DNA of 64,000 nucleotides from Actinomycetota bacterium (GCA_947452765.1 CANGDR010000001.1:100499-164498), one strand, 5' to 3'; positions 9,801-19,727 are shown, numbered from the stretch's first letter. The notes: generated by a model from the letters alone, not told the origin. Translations and numbers: made by a program.

Positions 9801-11697
9801 TGGCGACATGAGCGGCGACGTATTTGGAAACGGCATGCTCCTTTCCGAACATATCCGGTTAGTTGCAGCTTTTGATCATCGTCACATTTTCTTAGATCCA
9901 AATCCAGACACTGCAAAGTCATTTGCAGAACGTCAAAGAATGTTTGCGCTTCCTCGTTCCTCATGGGAAGACTACTCAACTAAATTGATTAGCAAAGGTG
10001 GCGGAATCTTCCCGCGCTCAGCCAAATCAATTGACCTGACTGCCGAAGTTAAAGTTGTGCTGGGAATTGATTCGACAATCGCTAGCGTTACGCCTAATGA
10101 GCTGCTGGCTTACATCTTGCAAGCACCTGTTGACTTGCTCTGGAACGGTGGAATCGGAACCTACATTAAGTCTTCGATGGAAACTCATGCTCAGGTGGGG
10201 GATAAGGCAAATGATTCGATACGTATCAACGGCGAGGACGTTAGAGCCAAGGTAATCGGCGAAGGTGGCAACCTTGGTTGCACTCAGCTCGGCCGCATTG
10301 AGGCTGCTCGCGCAGGCGTGAAGTTAAACACTGACGCAATTGATAACTCGGCTGGTGTTGATACATCTGACCATGAAGTCAACATCAAGATTCTCTTGGA
10401 TCAGGCCGTAACCTCAGGAAATCTCTCGGTTGATGCTCGCAATGAACAGCTAGCAGCTATGACTGCTGAAGTGGGCACATTGGTTCTACGGGATAACTTC
10501 GAACAAAATTTGATTCTCGAACAGGCCCGCTACCAAGCCCCAGCCACGTTGCGGGTTCACCAACGCCTAATGCAGGGATTAGAAGCCGAAGGCTTGTTGA
10601 ACCGCGCTATTGAATACTTACCAACTGATACCCAAATTGATCACTTACATTCTCAGGGGCTCGGCCTAACTTCACCTGAACTTTCAGTACTCATGGCATA
10701 CGTGAAAATCGACCTGACCGGTGATCGCGCAAATGACGATATCGTGAATGAACCCTGGTGTCGTGAGATTTTGAAGAACTATTTTCCAACAGATTTGCGC
10801 TCTAAATACGCAGATTTAATGCAAACTCATCCATTGCGCAAAGAAATCATTTCTACGGTTATGACCAACGACATGGTTAATCGTGGTGGAATTACCTACG
10901 CTTGGCGAGCTGCCGAAGAAAGTGGCGCTGGAGCGTCTGAAATTTTGCGTGCTTATGTAGTGTCACGTGATGTCTTTGATTTCAAATCACTTTGGTCACA
11001 ATTAGAAAATCTTGACGGTGCAGTTTCAACAGATTGCCAAACTGAATTATTTCTAGAGTCACGTCGTTTATTGGATAGGGCCACTCGTTGGTTCCTACAA
11101 TCGCGCGGCGGTCGCCTGGACGTTGAGGCTGAAATTGCGAAATTCACGCCGGTGGTTGCAAAACTTCGAGGTGGAATTCCAGCAAAACTTCGAGGGGTTG
11201 AAAAAGCTCGCTTCGACAAGGGAGTCGAACGCTTTACGTCGCAAGGTGCTCCAAAAGACATCGCAACTCGTATTTCTGGACTTCTCGATGAATTCTGCCT
11301 GTTGGACATAGTGGAAATTGCTGGTCAAGCCGGGGAGGATGCTGAGAAAGTTACGGATCTCTACTTTGCACTTAGTGAGCGTTACGACGTAGATCGCATG
11401 CTGTTTCACATAACTGCATTGCCACGTGATGACCGTTGGACCGCTTACGCACGTTCCGCACTCCGAAGTGATTTGTATGTCGCACTTGCTGGACTTACTG
11501 CTCGGGTAGTTTCCTCCACTAAAGCTGGTGAATCAATAGATTCTCGGATTGCTGAATGGGAATCTAAATCAGCAGAAGGTGTGGCAAGAACTCGGGCAAC
11601 GCTTAAAGAAATTGCAAATAGTGACCAAACTGACTTGGCGACATTGTCAGTTGCATTGCGTGCAATTCGCACCCTTGCTGGCCAAGGTGCAAGTTAA
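6865..11697 (+). CDS. gdh: large NAD-specific glutamate dehydrogenase (~180 kDa class)
   Basis: ~1610 aa ORF with the catalytic core KGGIRWSDR...VPSGAKGGFV...GDMSGDVFGNGML typical of giant actinobacterial/proteobacterial NAD-GDH. I prefer the GTG at 6865, 8 nt after AGGAGG (6851-6856), over the ATG at 6838. Confidence 0.9.
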   Translation: MSASPRGSRRLEDARDELIARVGKTIQSDFQPLVKRYFDHIAPEDLVGRELRDLDAMVASHISLGSSRKIGVAAVQVLAPSLESNGWQSTHSIVQVVTDDMPFLVDSVTAELSQEGRSIRLVIHPRFLVRRDTNGNLLEALDQDVLPDNEAPPGVTQESWMCIEFDRETDQLELTDITRRILEVLEDVRATIDDWAPMRKRLAEVVSEVSSATGLSDQERTEAVEFLNWLADNHFTFIGYSEYALAKGELTDVVGSGLGTLRDAETGSYLGKSDKDHANMSSVLLVTKAKMRSTVHRPAYLDYVGIRRVDSAGKQIGEHRFLGLFSSAAYTQSVQSIPVLSSKVSAVLESMAMGRDSHIGKDLMQFLETYPRDEMFEMSVDELEEIARGVLTLQERRQVKVFTRTEGFGRYVSALVYFPRDRYTTDVRLAMEEILLETYGADSIDHTARVSDSVLARLHFVIREPSGKEIPVIDVDVLEQRLAEAARFWEDDFSDSLIEQVGEEEAVRLVRTWSESFPESFKEHIPAANAVEHLRVLEALESEPTGAIKVAMYEPATVEDGPRRFTIYRVGDAITLSSVLPMLHDLGVEVIDERAYDLRRAGNPVAWVYDFGLNFDATKAPAIDTLADRFCATFMATWTGAVDSDPFNALVIHGGLSARNVGIIRAYAAYLRQAGTPFSRAYLQQVLLANVGIVQRLIELFATRFDPNFTGDRVSQEAALVKKIDASLDAVESLDHDRIMRSSIALVTATLRTNVYQKDADGNYPDVMAFKLNPALVPDLPLPLPKFEIWVYSPRVEGVHLRFASVARGGIRWSDRQEDFRTEILGLVKAQMVKNTVIVPSGAKGGFVLKRGPEPSDRDAWLAEGIVCYQMFIGALLDVTDNLVNGAIVPPERVIRHDSDDPYLVVAADKGTATFSDIANKISVDRGFWMGDAFASGGSVGYDHKVMGITAKGAWESVKRHFHELGVDTQTQDFTVAGVGDMSGDVFGNGMLLSEHIRLVAAFDHRHIFLDPNPDTAKSFAERQRMFALPRSSWEDYSTKLISKGGGIFPRSAKSIDLTAEVKVVLGIDSTIASVTPNELLAYILQAPVDLLWNGGIGTYIKSSMETHAQVGDKANDSIRINGEDVRAKVIGEGGNLGCTQLGRIEAARAGVKLNTDAIDNSAGVDTSDHEVNIKILLDQAVTSGNLSVDARNEQLAAMTAEVGTLVLRDNFEQNLILEQARYQAPATLRVHQRLMQGLEAEGLLNRAIEYLPTDTQIDHLHSQGLGLTSPELSVLMAYVKIDLTGDRANDDIVNEPWCREILKNYFPTDLRSKYADLMQTHPLRKEIISTVMTNDMVNRGGITYAWRAAEESGAGASEILRAYVVSRDVFDFKSLWSQLENLDGAVSTDCQTELFLESRRLLDRATRWFLQSRGGRLDVEAEIAKFTPVVAKLRGGIPAKLRGVEKARFDKGVERFTSQGAPKDIATRISGLLDEFCLLDIVEIAGQAGEDAEKVTDLYFALSERYDVDRMLFHITALPRDDRWTAYARSALRSDLYVALAGLTARVVSSTKAGESIDSRIAEWESKSAEGVARTRATLKEIANSDQTDLATLSVALRAIRTLAGQGAS

Positions 11698-11747
11698 GTT
11701 ACAACGCCCAAGGTGATCGGATTTATAGTCACAAGTACTCTTATTAA

Positions 11748-12383
11748 GTGGATTCAGTGATTTTGGCGGCAGCGCTAACTGGTCAAGTTACTGATTGGCT
11801 AAATAATTTTGGTCCAATAATTTTTTACCTGATCGTTTGGGGCCTGGTATTTGCTGGAACTGGTCTCTTTATTGGAGCTTTCATTCCGTTTATTACTGGG
11901 GACTCACTAATCTTTGCTGCCGGAGTTTTAGCGGCTAGTTCCGGAAGCATCAACATCATCGTCCTCTCGGTGGGTGTAGGTCTGGCCGCATTTCTTGGCG
12001 ATCAGGTTGGGTTTGTGCTGGGCCGACACTACGGAAGACCTTACTTAGATAAGCGTGAAGGTCCACGTCTACGTTCCGCAATTGTTAAATCCGAGAAATT
12101 TTATGCGGAACTCGGCTGGTGGGCAGTTGTCGTTGCTCGCTTCATGCCGTGGGCGCGCGTCTTAGTTCCAGCCATCGCAGGAATTGCGCGCATGAATTAC
12201 TACAAATTCCTTGGCGCCAATTTCGTTGGCGCAATAACTTGGGGCGTTGGTCTAACTCTGGCCGGATACTACGCAGTCACGATCCCCGCGGTAAAAACTG
12301 GATCGTATGCGATTGCAACTTTCTTCATAGTCGGTTCAATAGTTGCGGGTATCCGTAGTTGGTGGAATAACCGTAAGTCGTAA
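11748..12383 (+). CDS. DedA/VTT-family membrane protein
   Basis: 211 aa; polytopic, FIPFITGDSLIFAAG and GRHYGRPYL motifs. Confidence 0.8.
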   Translation: MDSVILAAALTGQVTDWLNNFGPIIFYLIVWGLVFAGTGLFIGAFIPFITGDSLIFAAGVLAASSGSINIIVLSVGVGLAAFLGDQVGFVLGRHYGRPYLDKREGPRLRSAIVKSEKFYAELGWWAVVVARFMPWARVLVPAIAGIARMNYYKFLGANFVGAITWGVGLTLAGYYAVTIPAVKTGSYAIATFFIVGSIVAGIRSWWNNRKS

Positions 12384-12547
12384 GACTGTCAATCTAATGT
12401 AATTTCCACTGTGGAAAACTACTCCGAAACTGCGCTCGATTTCCAAGTTATCCACAAAATTGGTTTCCCCCTATGTAATCCCATTTAGCCTGCTTATGGT
12501 TCTTGAACTCGGCTTGGCCCGAGTAAGAGAAAGTAACGGGGGAGCTC

Positions 12548-13777
12548 ATGTCAGGCGTTATCTCTGATGTCGTGGATGAAGTCCGGTCGCGGGTTCGGAC
12601 TGGGGGGATCAATCCACAATCGGACAATATCGAAATGCGGCACATTGTTGAGGACATACTTGCTGAAGGGTTTCATCGAGGTGAATTCGCGCCAGGACAT
12701 GAGCCTCCGTTGCCTTCAGTTTCGGAAGTTGCAGTTCAACTTATGGGATTTGGCAAACTAGAGCCACTTTTTGCAGATCCTGAGGTAGAGGAAATATGGA
12801 TAAACGAACCTGGTCGAATCTTTGCTGCTAGAAACGGACGAAGTGAACTAACGAAGGTAATTTTGAGCGAATCCGAAATCCGCTCACTGGTAGAAAGAAT
12901 GCTGGCATCTACTGGTCGACGAGTAGACCTTTCTAATCCATTTGTGGACGCAACTTTGCCTGATGGATCACGCTTACATGTTGCAATTCCCGACATAACT
13001 CGAAAGCACTGGTCGATAAATATTAGAAAATTTATCATGGGATCGAAGTCACTTGACTCCTTGGTTCAGGTCGGAACGATTTCGGATCAGGCTGCCGCAT
13101 TCTTACAAGCTTGTGTCGTTGCAGGATTAAACATTATTGTCGCTGGTGCTACTCAGGCAGGTAAGACAACATTGATGAATGCATTATTGAATTGCGCACC
13201 GTCAAGTGAGCGAGTAATAACTTGTGAAGAAGTTTTCGAACTTCAACTCACAAGTCCTGACTGGGTGGCACTTCAAACTAGGCAACCAAGTCTCGAAGGA
13301 ACCGGCGAAATTCCCTTGCGCCGGTTAATTAAAGAAGCTTTGCGAATGCGCCCATCTCGACTGGTAGTTGGTGAGGTCCGCCAAGAAGAATGTCTTGATT
13401 TGTTAGTCGCGATGAATGCGGGGATGCCTAGCATGTGTTCGCTGCATGCTAATGGCGCTCGGGAAGCAGTATCTAAGCTGTGCTTGCTCCCGATGCTTGC
13501 TGGCAGTAATGTCTCAGCTGAATTTGTTATTCCTACAGTCGCTTCGGTTGTGGATATAGTGGTGCACACATCCCTCCAACCCGATGGATCACGTCGAGTA
13601 AAGCAGATCACATCGGTAACTGGTCGAGTTGAGGGTAGCAATATCGAGACTGGAGACATCTTCTCGATCCGCGATTCTAGATTGATTGCGCAGGGAATTT
13701 ATCCTGGTCGCCAAGAACTCTTTGAGGCTCACGGTATTAATCTTGGTCCGTTAGTCGGTGCATCACAATGGGTGTAA
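12548..13777 (+). CDS. tadA: Tad/CpaF-type pilus assembly ATPase
   Basis: 409 aa; Walker A GATQAGKTT, Asp/His-box region VGEVRQEE...SLHAN typical of type II/IV secretion ATPases; SD GGGGGAG upstream. Confidence 0.88.
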   Translation: MSGVISDVVDEVRSRVRTGGINPQSDNIEMRHIVEDILAEGFHRGEFAPGHEPPLPSVSEVAVQLMGFGKLEPLFADPEVEEIWINEPGRIFAARNGRSELTKVILSESEIRSLVERMLASTGRRVDLSNPFVDATLPDGSRLHVAIPDITRKHWSINIRKFIMGSKSLDSLVQVGTISDQAAAFLQACVVAGLNIIVAGATQAGKTTLMNALLNCAPSSERVITCEEVFELQLTSPDWVALQTRQPSLEGTGEIPLRRLIKEALRMRPSRLVVGEVRQEECLDLLVAMNAGMPSMCSLHANGAREAVSKLCLLPMLAGSNVSAEFVIPTVASVVDIVVHTSLQPDGSRRVKQITSVTGRVEGSNIETGDIFSIRDSRLIAQGIYPGRQELFEAHGINLGPLVGASQWV

Positions 13778-14445
13778 TTATTGGCCTACTTTTTTCAATT
13801 GCGCTCCTACTCATTAGGCAATCGTTTAGTTCACCAAATTCTGGGTTGCCATTCTATTTGTTACATAAATTCAAAATATTTGAAGTAAAGCGACGGAATC
13901 TAAGTTTGGTCTGGCCAGATGTTGTGGATGATTTAGGTTCGGCTATTCGCGCTGGATTATCGTTACCACAAGCAATTGGCGAACTTAGTGAAATTGGTCC
14001 AGTTGAGTTGCGTGAACCATTTAAGCGATGCGTAATTTCCTATCAAGCTACCGGTGACTTCGTAGCCGGCATGAAATTACTCGCAGTCGAATTAGCCGAT
14101 CCCACGGCTGATAAATTTGTTTCAGTCATTCAAGTTGCATATGAAGTTGGTGGCGCCGACTTAGGGATTTTGCTTCGCACCCTATCTGAAGTTATGCGAG
14201 ATGAATTAAAAGTCAAAGGTGAAATTTTGGCCCGACAAAGCTGGACGATTAACGGAGCGAAATTAGCCGTTGCCGCACCATGGATGACAGTCCTAGTGCT
14301 ATCAGCTCGCCACGATGCTGCAGCTGTGTATTTTTCCGTCATAGGAATTCGCATGTTATCAATTTGCTTAATTATTTCTTGTCTCGCATATTTTGCAATG
14401 ATGCGGATTGCAAAATTGCCTACCACTGAAAGATTGTTGGCATGA
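13768..14445 (+). CDS. tadB: TadB-like type II secretion F-domain membrane protein
   Basis: 225 aa polytopic protein with start overlapping the tadA stop; position and topology match TadB. Confidence 0.7.
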   Translation: MGVIIGLLFSIALLLIRQSFSSPNSGLPFYLLHKFKIFEVKRRNLSLVWPDVVDDLGSAIRAGLSLPQAIGELSEIGPVELREPFKRCVISYQATGDFVAGMKLLAVELADPTADKFVSVIQVAYEVGGADLGILLRTLSEVMRDELKVKGEILARQSWTINGAKLAVAAPWMTVLVLSARHDAAAVYFSVIGIRMLSICLIISCLAYFAMMRIAKLPTTERLLA

Positions 14446-15332
14446 GTGGAGGTATTTTAGGAATTGCTTTTGCTTTGGGTTTAGCTCTAATTGGACAAGT
14501 CTTGCGCCCGCGAAAGGTTTCATTAGCGAATCGAATTGGTCCATACGTTGGTAATTTTCAGGTAGTGTCGCCGAGTTTTGCTGAAGCGTTAGCGACCTGG
14601 ATTAAGGAGCTAGGAACTTTAGAGCCCTGGGCGCCTTGGGCAACTGACGAAGTTGTAACGCACCAACTTAGGCTAGTCAGGAGTCCACTGAATCTAGTTG
14701 GTTTTCGTAGAAGCCAATTGATTGCCGCAGGTTGGTCTGCCCTTGCTATGGCAATTTGGATTTTACTTCGGCTTGGATCCGGAAAGGGAATTAATCCTTT
14801 GGCCGGAATAATTTTTCTGTTGGCAGCATTAGCTACCGGTGGCTGGTTCCAGCAATGGCGACTAAATGAATCAGCTAAAAGTGTCGTTCAAACAATTGAG
14901 CGCCAACTGCCTTCGGTATTAGAACTCTTAGCATTTGCAGTAGCGGCAGGAGAACCGGTTTTGTTAGCCCTACGTCGGGTTACCCAAACGTGCACCGGCC
15001 CATTTGTCGCTGAACTTCGAGAACTGGTCTACGCAGTTAATTCCGGGGAGGGCCTAGTAGCTGCGCTCGACCGGCTCCAGGCTGATTTGGGATCCCAGGC
15101 CGTATCCCGATCTACACATGCTTTGAATTTGGCGCTTGAGCGCGGTACACCTCTAGCCCAAGTGTTGCGAGCACAGGCATCTGATGCTCGAGCGCATGAA
15201 GCTCGAATGCTCCTGATCTTGGCTGGAAAGAAAGAGACGGCAATGATGTTGCCAGTCATATTCTTAATTCTGCCGATGATCGTTGGAGTTGCCCTTTATC
15301 CAGGGTTATTAGCCTTACAAGCCATGCAGTAA
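14442..15332 (+). CDS. tadC: TadC-like type II secretion F-domain membrane protein
   Basis: 296 aa polytopic protein; 4-nt overlap with tadB; second T2SS-F-like paralog as in Tad loci. Confidence 0.7.
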   Translation: MSGGILGIAFALGLALIGQVLRPRKVSLANRIGPYVGNFQVVSPSFAEALATWIKELGTLEPWAPWATDEVVTHQLRLVRSPLNLVGFRRSQLIAAGWSALAMAIWILLRLGSGKGINPLAGIIFLLAALATGGWFQQWRLNESAKSVVQTIERQLPSVLELLAFAVAAGEPVLLALRRVTQTCTGPFVAELRELVYAVNSGEGLVAALDRLQADLGSQAVSRSTHALNLALERGTPLAQVLRAQASDARAHEARMLLILAGKKETAMMLPVIFLILPMIVGVALYPGLLALQAMQ

Positions 15333-15373
15333 CAATTCGCAGATTGCGTATTGAAATAGGGGGAGAAATGAAA

Positions 15374-15583
15374 ATGAAAGCAATCCAAGAAATCGGACTA
15401 CGCAGTTATGTTCGCATAATATCTAGCATTTCAACTAAAGCAAGGGAAGATCGTGGTGATGTACCAGGCTGGGTTTTAGTTACCGTTATGACTGCTGGAT
15501 TGGTCGTCGCAATTTGGTCAGTAGCGGATGGACAGCTTAAGTCGGTACTTTCGAATTCACTGCGAAGTGTCTCGCAGCCATAA
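15374..15583 (+). CDS. small Flp/DUF4244-like putative pilin
   Basis: ~69 aa; charged leader ending ...AREDRG, then hydrophobic helix DVPGWVLVTVMTAGLVVAIW; sits at the pilin slot after tadC; the ATG at 15374 lies 8 nt after GGGGGAG (alternatives 15368/15344). Confidence 0.5.
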   Translation: MKAIQEIGLRSYVRIISSISTKAREDRGDVPGWVLVTVMTAGLVVAIWSVADGQLKSVLSNSLRSVSQP

Positions 15584-15611
15584 GTACTGCGAAGTGTTTC
15601 GCAGGGTCGAC

Positions 15612-15992
15612 ATGAGTTTTAATTCGTCTCGCGGGTCAAGCGTTGTAGATTTTGTCTTAGTCGCACCACTTTTAATTGTGGTCTTTGTCGCCGCAACCCA
15701 GGCTGAGATGTTTTTGGCGGACAAGAGCACCATTAGTTCAGCAGCAATAGCAGGTGCGCGGAACGCGAGCATGGCCGATGCAAGTTCGGCAAAGGGGGTT
15801 GCATTAGCGCAGAAAATATTGTCAGGTAAGAAAGACCTTTCAAATTCTGCAAAGATTTCGGTTAGTCGAGAACAAACTTCTGGAGTGGATTTTGTCCGGA
15901 TGACCGTTGAATTTGAGTTTAAGATTCCCTGGATAGATCAAGTTGTTCATATCTCGTCTACTTCACGAGCATTGGATGAAAAGTCGTTATGA
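15612..15992 (+). CDS. TadE-like pseudopilin
   Basis: ~126 aa from the ATG at 15612; N-terminal GSSVVDFVLVAPLLIVVF matches the TadE G-x-x-x-(E/D)F + hydrophobic motif. The longer track ORF from 15528 overlaps the pilin gene. Confidence 0.65.
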   Translation: MSFNSSRGSSVVDFVLVAPLLIVVFVAATQAEMFLADKSTISSAAIAGARNASMADASSAKGVALAQKILSGKKDLSNSAKISVSREQTSGVDFVRMTVEFEFKIPWIDQVVHISSTSRALDEKSL

Positions 15993-16402
15993 AAATTTAC
16001 ACAGATGAAGGCAACGTGATTGTGGAGTTCATCGGAGTCCTTATGGCGTTAGTAATGCCAATAACAATCATCGCAAGCGCGAGTGTCTCAATCTCGCAGT
16101 CATATTTAGCAACAGAGGTAGCATCGCGGGCTGCTTCCCGAGCATTCGTCATTTCAAATACGGAAACAAATGCCCGAAAACATGCTTATGCTGTTGCTAA
16201 AGTTGCAATGCAAGATCATGGAGCTTTTGATAATTCCGTCGTAACCAAAATCTCATGTAGTAATTCTCCGTGCTTATCTCCGAGCGGCTACGTTACCGTG
16301 ACTGTTCAGCGTCAAGTTTTACTTGCCCTTCCAGCGCCTTTTGGGTCTCGGAAAATTTTGGTAAAAGCGAGTAGTACCTCGGTTGTAGATGAATTGGGTT
16401 AA
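15989..16402 (+). CDS. TadE/TadF-like pseudopilin
   Basis: 137 aa; N-terminal EGNVIVEFIGVLMALVMPITII; 4-nt overlap with the previous gene. Confidence 0.5.
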   Translation: MKIYTDEGNVIVEFIGVLMALVMPITIIASASVSISQSYLATEVASRAASRAFVISNTETNARKHAYAVAKVAMQDHGAFDNSVVTKISCSNSPCLSPSGYVTVTVQRQVLLALPAPFGSRKILVKASSTSVVDELG

Positions 16403-16847
16403 GGGATTGAAGTTAAAGTCTTTACGGGCAGAAGACGGAACTATCCTTCTTTTTGGGATTGGGCTCGCAGTTGCAGGATTAATGGTCCTAACGGCTTCTG
16501 TAAATGTTGCTGCTTTGTGGAGCACTAGAAACTATCTTGATGGCATTGCCGATGGGGCCGCGCTTGCGGGGGCTCAGGCAGTAGATGCAAACTCAATATA
16601 TGTAAACGGCCTTGAATCAAAGTTGGTGCTGAGTGACCCACTTGCTCGTATTCGAGTGGAACAGTATGTAATCGAAAGCGGTGCCCGAAAGCAAGTTTCA
16701 AATTTCAAGGTGAAATCAGTTCGAGTTACGGGAAGATCGATAACCGTTACAGTACAAGCGCAACCCAAGTTGCCATTTGGTTACTTGCTGCCTGAATCAC
16801 ACCCACTTGTAGTAAGCGCGGCAAAGGCAATTAATAAAGTTCAGTAA
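16389..16847 (+). CDS. TadG-like pilus assembly protein
   Basis: 152 aa; N-terminal hydrophobic segment then LDGIADGAALAGAQAVD typical of TadG-related proteins; overlaps the previous gene. Confidence 0.6.
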   Translation: MNWVKGLKLKSLRAEDGTILLFGIGLAVAGLMVLTASVNVAALWSTRNYLDGIADGAALAGAQAVDANSIYVNGLESKLVLSDPLARIRVEQYVIESGARKQVSNFKVKSVRVTGRSITVTVQAQPKLPFGYLLPESHPLVVSAAKAINKVQ

Positions 16848-16868
16848 TTAACGGTAGCCTTTATTCCT

Positions 16869-17975
16869 ATGGCTACCGGAGACTTCCCTGCAGACCTTGC
16901 GGCTATTAACTCCACGTTGCACAGCATCGAAAAAGTTCTAAATATTGATGTAATGCAATCACAAATCGCCGAATTGGAGGTACTCGCGTCTGCCCCTGAC
17001 CTTTGGGATGACCAAGCCAATGCCCAAAAAATAACGGGCAAGCTTTCAGTCCTGCAGGCAGATGTGGCACGGATCAAGAGCCTCCGAGCGCGAGTTGATG
17101 ACCTCTCTGTGCTCAGAGAAATGGGTGAGTCAGAAAACGACCAGTCGATCCTCGACGAAGCGCAAAGTGAATTGTTGTTACTTGAAAAATCGATTGGTGA
17201 GTTAGAAGTTCGAACCTTACTTTCTGGCGAATACGATCATCGGGAAGCTTTAGTTTCAATTCGATCAGGCGCTGGTGGAGTTGACGCTGCCGACTGGGCT
17301 GAAATGTTGCAGCGCATGTATTTGCGATATTGCGAACGGCATGGCTGGCCTACTGAAGTTTATGAAACCTCATACGCCGAAGAAGCTGGGATTAAGTCCA
17401 CGACATTTGCGGTGAAAGCACCATTCGCATACGGGACACTTTCGGTAGAGCAGGGCACGCATCGGTTAGTTCGAATTTCCCCATTTGATAATCAGAGTCG
17501 GCGCCAAACTTCATTTGCTGAAGTTGAAGTTATTCCAGTGGTAGAACAAACTGACTCGGTTGAAATACCTGACGATGACATTCGAATCGATGTTTACCGT
17601 TCTTCAGGTCCGGGAGGTCAAGGTGTTAATACAACTGACTCCGCGGTCCGCTTAACACACATACCCACCGGAATAGTGGTCTCTTGTCAAAACGAACGTT
17701 CCCAACTACAGAACAAAGCAACTGCTATGGCGGTACTTCAGGCAAAGATTTTAGAACGAACCCGTCGAGAAGAGCAGGAAAAGATCAACGCATTAAAAGG
17801 GGACACCAGCGGGTCTTGGGGAAACCAGATGCGTTCTTATGTTTTGCACCCGTATCAAATGGTTAAAGATATTCGAACTGAAGTCGAAACGGGTAACACT
17901 TCAGCAGTGCTCGACGGAGATTTAGACATGTTTGTGGAAGCGGGAATTCGCTGGCGCCTAGAGCAGGCAAATTAA
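16869..17975 (+). CDS. prfB: peptide chain release factor 2
   Basis: 368 aa uninterrupted; SPF tripeptide (RISPFD) and GGQ ([16 protein letters not shown]) motifs. Confidence 0.95.
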   Translation: MATGDFPADLAAINSTLHSIEKVLNIDVMQSQIAELEVLASAPDLWDDQANAQKITGKLSVLQADVARIKSLRARVDDLSVLREMGESENDQSILDEAQSELLLLEKSIGELEVRTLLSGEYDHREALVSIRSGAGGVDAADWAEMLQRMYLRYCERHGWPTEVYETSYAEEAGIKSTTFAVKAPFAYGTLSVEQGTHRLVRISPFDNQSRRQTSFAEVEVIPVVEQTDSVEIPDDDIRIDVYRSSGPGGQGVNTTDSAVRLTHIPTGIVVSCQNERSQLQNKATAMAVLQAKILERTRREEQEKINALKGDTSGSWGNQMRSYVLHPYQMVKDIRTEVETGNTSAVLDGDLDMFVEAGIRWRLEQAN

Positions 17976-18126
17976 GCAAAATTTTGGAATGGGCGAATGT
18001 TCGGATTCGGTCAAGGTCGGCGCGCCATCCCCAGTCCGCACATTAAGCAATTTAGGCTGAAGATATTCAGTTTTCCTGAAAAATTTGCTGCACGTACCGA
18101 CCATGACAACCATGAGGAGTTAATTC

Positions 18127-18819
18127 GTGATTGTGTTCGACCACGTTACTAAGCAATACAAGAATTCTCCACAGCCTGCCCTAAATGATGTGAACTTGAC
18201 CATCGAGCAGGGTGAATTTGTGTTCTTGGTTGGGTCCTCAGGCTCAGGTAAATCTTCGCTGCTTCGGCTTTTACTTAAAGAGGAGAAGGCAACCGAAGGC
18301 ACGGTAACAGTAGATGGCATAAATGTTGCCAAGCTCCGAAATCGCAAAGTTCCAGCATTCCGTCGCCAGATGGGAATTGTATTTCAGGATTTTCGACTTT
18401 TGCCAGGTAAGTCAGTTTTCGACAACGCAGCTTTTGGCATGGAAGTTATCGGAAAGTCACGTAAGGAAATTCGAAACCGAATTCCAGCGGTACTTGAACT
18501 TGTTGGCTTGGAAGAGAAGGCACATCGTTTGCCCTCGGAACTTTCTGGTGGCGAGCAACAGCGCGTTGCGTTAGCACGCGCATTTGTTAACCAACCTCGC
18601 CTATTACTTGCTGATGAACCGACTGGAAACTTGGATCCGGCAACGAGTGTTGGAATTATGAAACTTTTGGATCGAATTAATCGAACTGGAACCACAATTG
18701 TTATGGCAACACACGACGTAGCGATTGTGGATCAGATGCGAAAGCGAATTGTGCAAATGGAAAGTGGACGAATCGTGCGCGACCAAGAGCGCGGAATGTA
18801 CGGACACACGGGAAATTAA
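18127..18819 (+). CDS. ftsE: cell division ATP-binding protein FtsE
   Basis: 230 aa; Walker [13 protein letters not shown] signature LSGGEQQR, Walker B LLLADEP. Confidence 0.93.
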   Translation: MIVFDHVTKQYKNSPQPALNDVNLTIEQGEFVFLVGSSGSGKSSLLRLLLKEEKATEGTVTVDGINVAKLRNRKVPAFRRQMGIVFQDFRLLPGKSVFDNAAFGMEVIGKSRKEIRNRIPAVLELVGLEEKAHRLPSELSGGEQQRVALARAFVNQPRLLLADEPTGNLDPATSVGIMKLLDRINRTGTTIVMATHDVAIVDQMRKRIVQMESGRIVRDQERGMYGHTGN

Positions 18820-18821
18820 TC

Positions 18822-19727
18822 ATGCGGATTTCATTTGTTGCTAAAGAAGTTAGCGGAGGCTTGCGTCGAAATTTCACCATGACGCTGGCATTGATTATCG
18901 CTGTGGCGGTTTCATTGTCTCTTTTTGGAACCTCGCTTTTGCTTAGTACTCAAGTTGATCGCATGAAAGGCTATTGGTACGACAAAATTGAAGTCTCTAT
19001 ATTCCTTTGCGGATCCAGTTCTGTCACCTACACATGCACCGGAAGTGTTACCGACGATCAGCGCACAAATATAGAGATGAAACTTAATTCACTTACGCCA
19101 ACAGTCCAACATGTTTTTTATGAATCATCCTCTGCCGCTTACGATAAGTTCAAGCAGCAATTCGCTGGATCGGCAATTTTGTCTAACGTTAGTCCGAATG
19201 CCTTACCTGCCTCATTTCGAGTGAAAATAGATAACCCGGATCATTTCCAAGAGGTAGCCTCTCAAATTTCGTCAATGCAAGGTGTTGAATCAATTCAGGA
19301 TCAACGCAAATTACTCAATCGCTTCTTTACTATTTTGAAGGGGTTGCAGTCGTTCGCCTTAGTCGTAGCGCTGGCCATGCTTGCTGTGACAATTTTGTTA
19401 GTAATGAACACAATCCGAGTTGCCGCATTTGCCCGTCGCCGAGAAACCTCGATCATGCGTGCCGTTGGTGCCAGCAATATGTCGATTCGATTGCCGTTCA
19501 TTTTGGAGGCAGCAGTAGCTTCAACGATCGGTGCCTCACTTGCGAGCGGCGGTTTGGTTGCTGCTAAATACTGGGTGATTGATGGCAAATTAGCCCCGAA
19601 CTTAACCTTTATTCCATTTGTGACCTGGACGGAAGTCGGCGCCATAATTCCTTGGTTATACCTAGTCGGCGTTGGAATTACTGTGCTTGCTTCGTTGATA
19701 ACGCTAAGGCGTTACCTAAAGGGCTAA
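18822..19727 (+). CDS. ftsX: cell division permease-like protein FtsX
   Basis: 301 aa; N-terminal TM, large extracytoplasmic loop, three C-terminal TMs; directly follows ftsE. Confidence 0.9.
   Translation: MRISFVAKEVSGGLRRNFTMTLALIIAVAVSLSLFGTSLLLSTQVDRMKGYWYDKIEVSIFLCGSSSVTYTCTGSVTDDQRTNIEMKLNSLTPTVQHVFYESSSAAYDKFKQQFAGSAILSNVSPNALPASFRVKIDNPDHFQEVASQISSMQGVESIQDQRKLLNRFFTILKGLQSFALVVALAMLAVTILLVMNTIRVAAFARRRETSIMRAVGASNMSIRLPFILEAAVASTIGASLASGGLVAAKYWVIDGKLAPNLTFIPFVTWTEVGAIIPWLYLVGVGITVLASLITLRRYLKG

Noticed and set aside
16869-17975. Programmed +1 frameshift site in prfB
   Set aside because: RF2 is encoded by one uninterrupted 368-aa ORF starting with its normal N-terminus. No in-frame UGA or CUU-UGA-C motif is needed, consistent with actinobacterial prfB genes lacking the frameshift.
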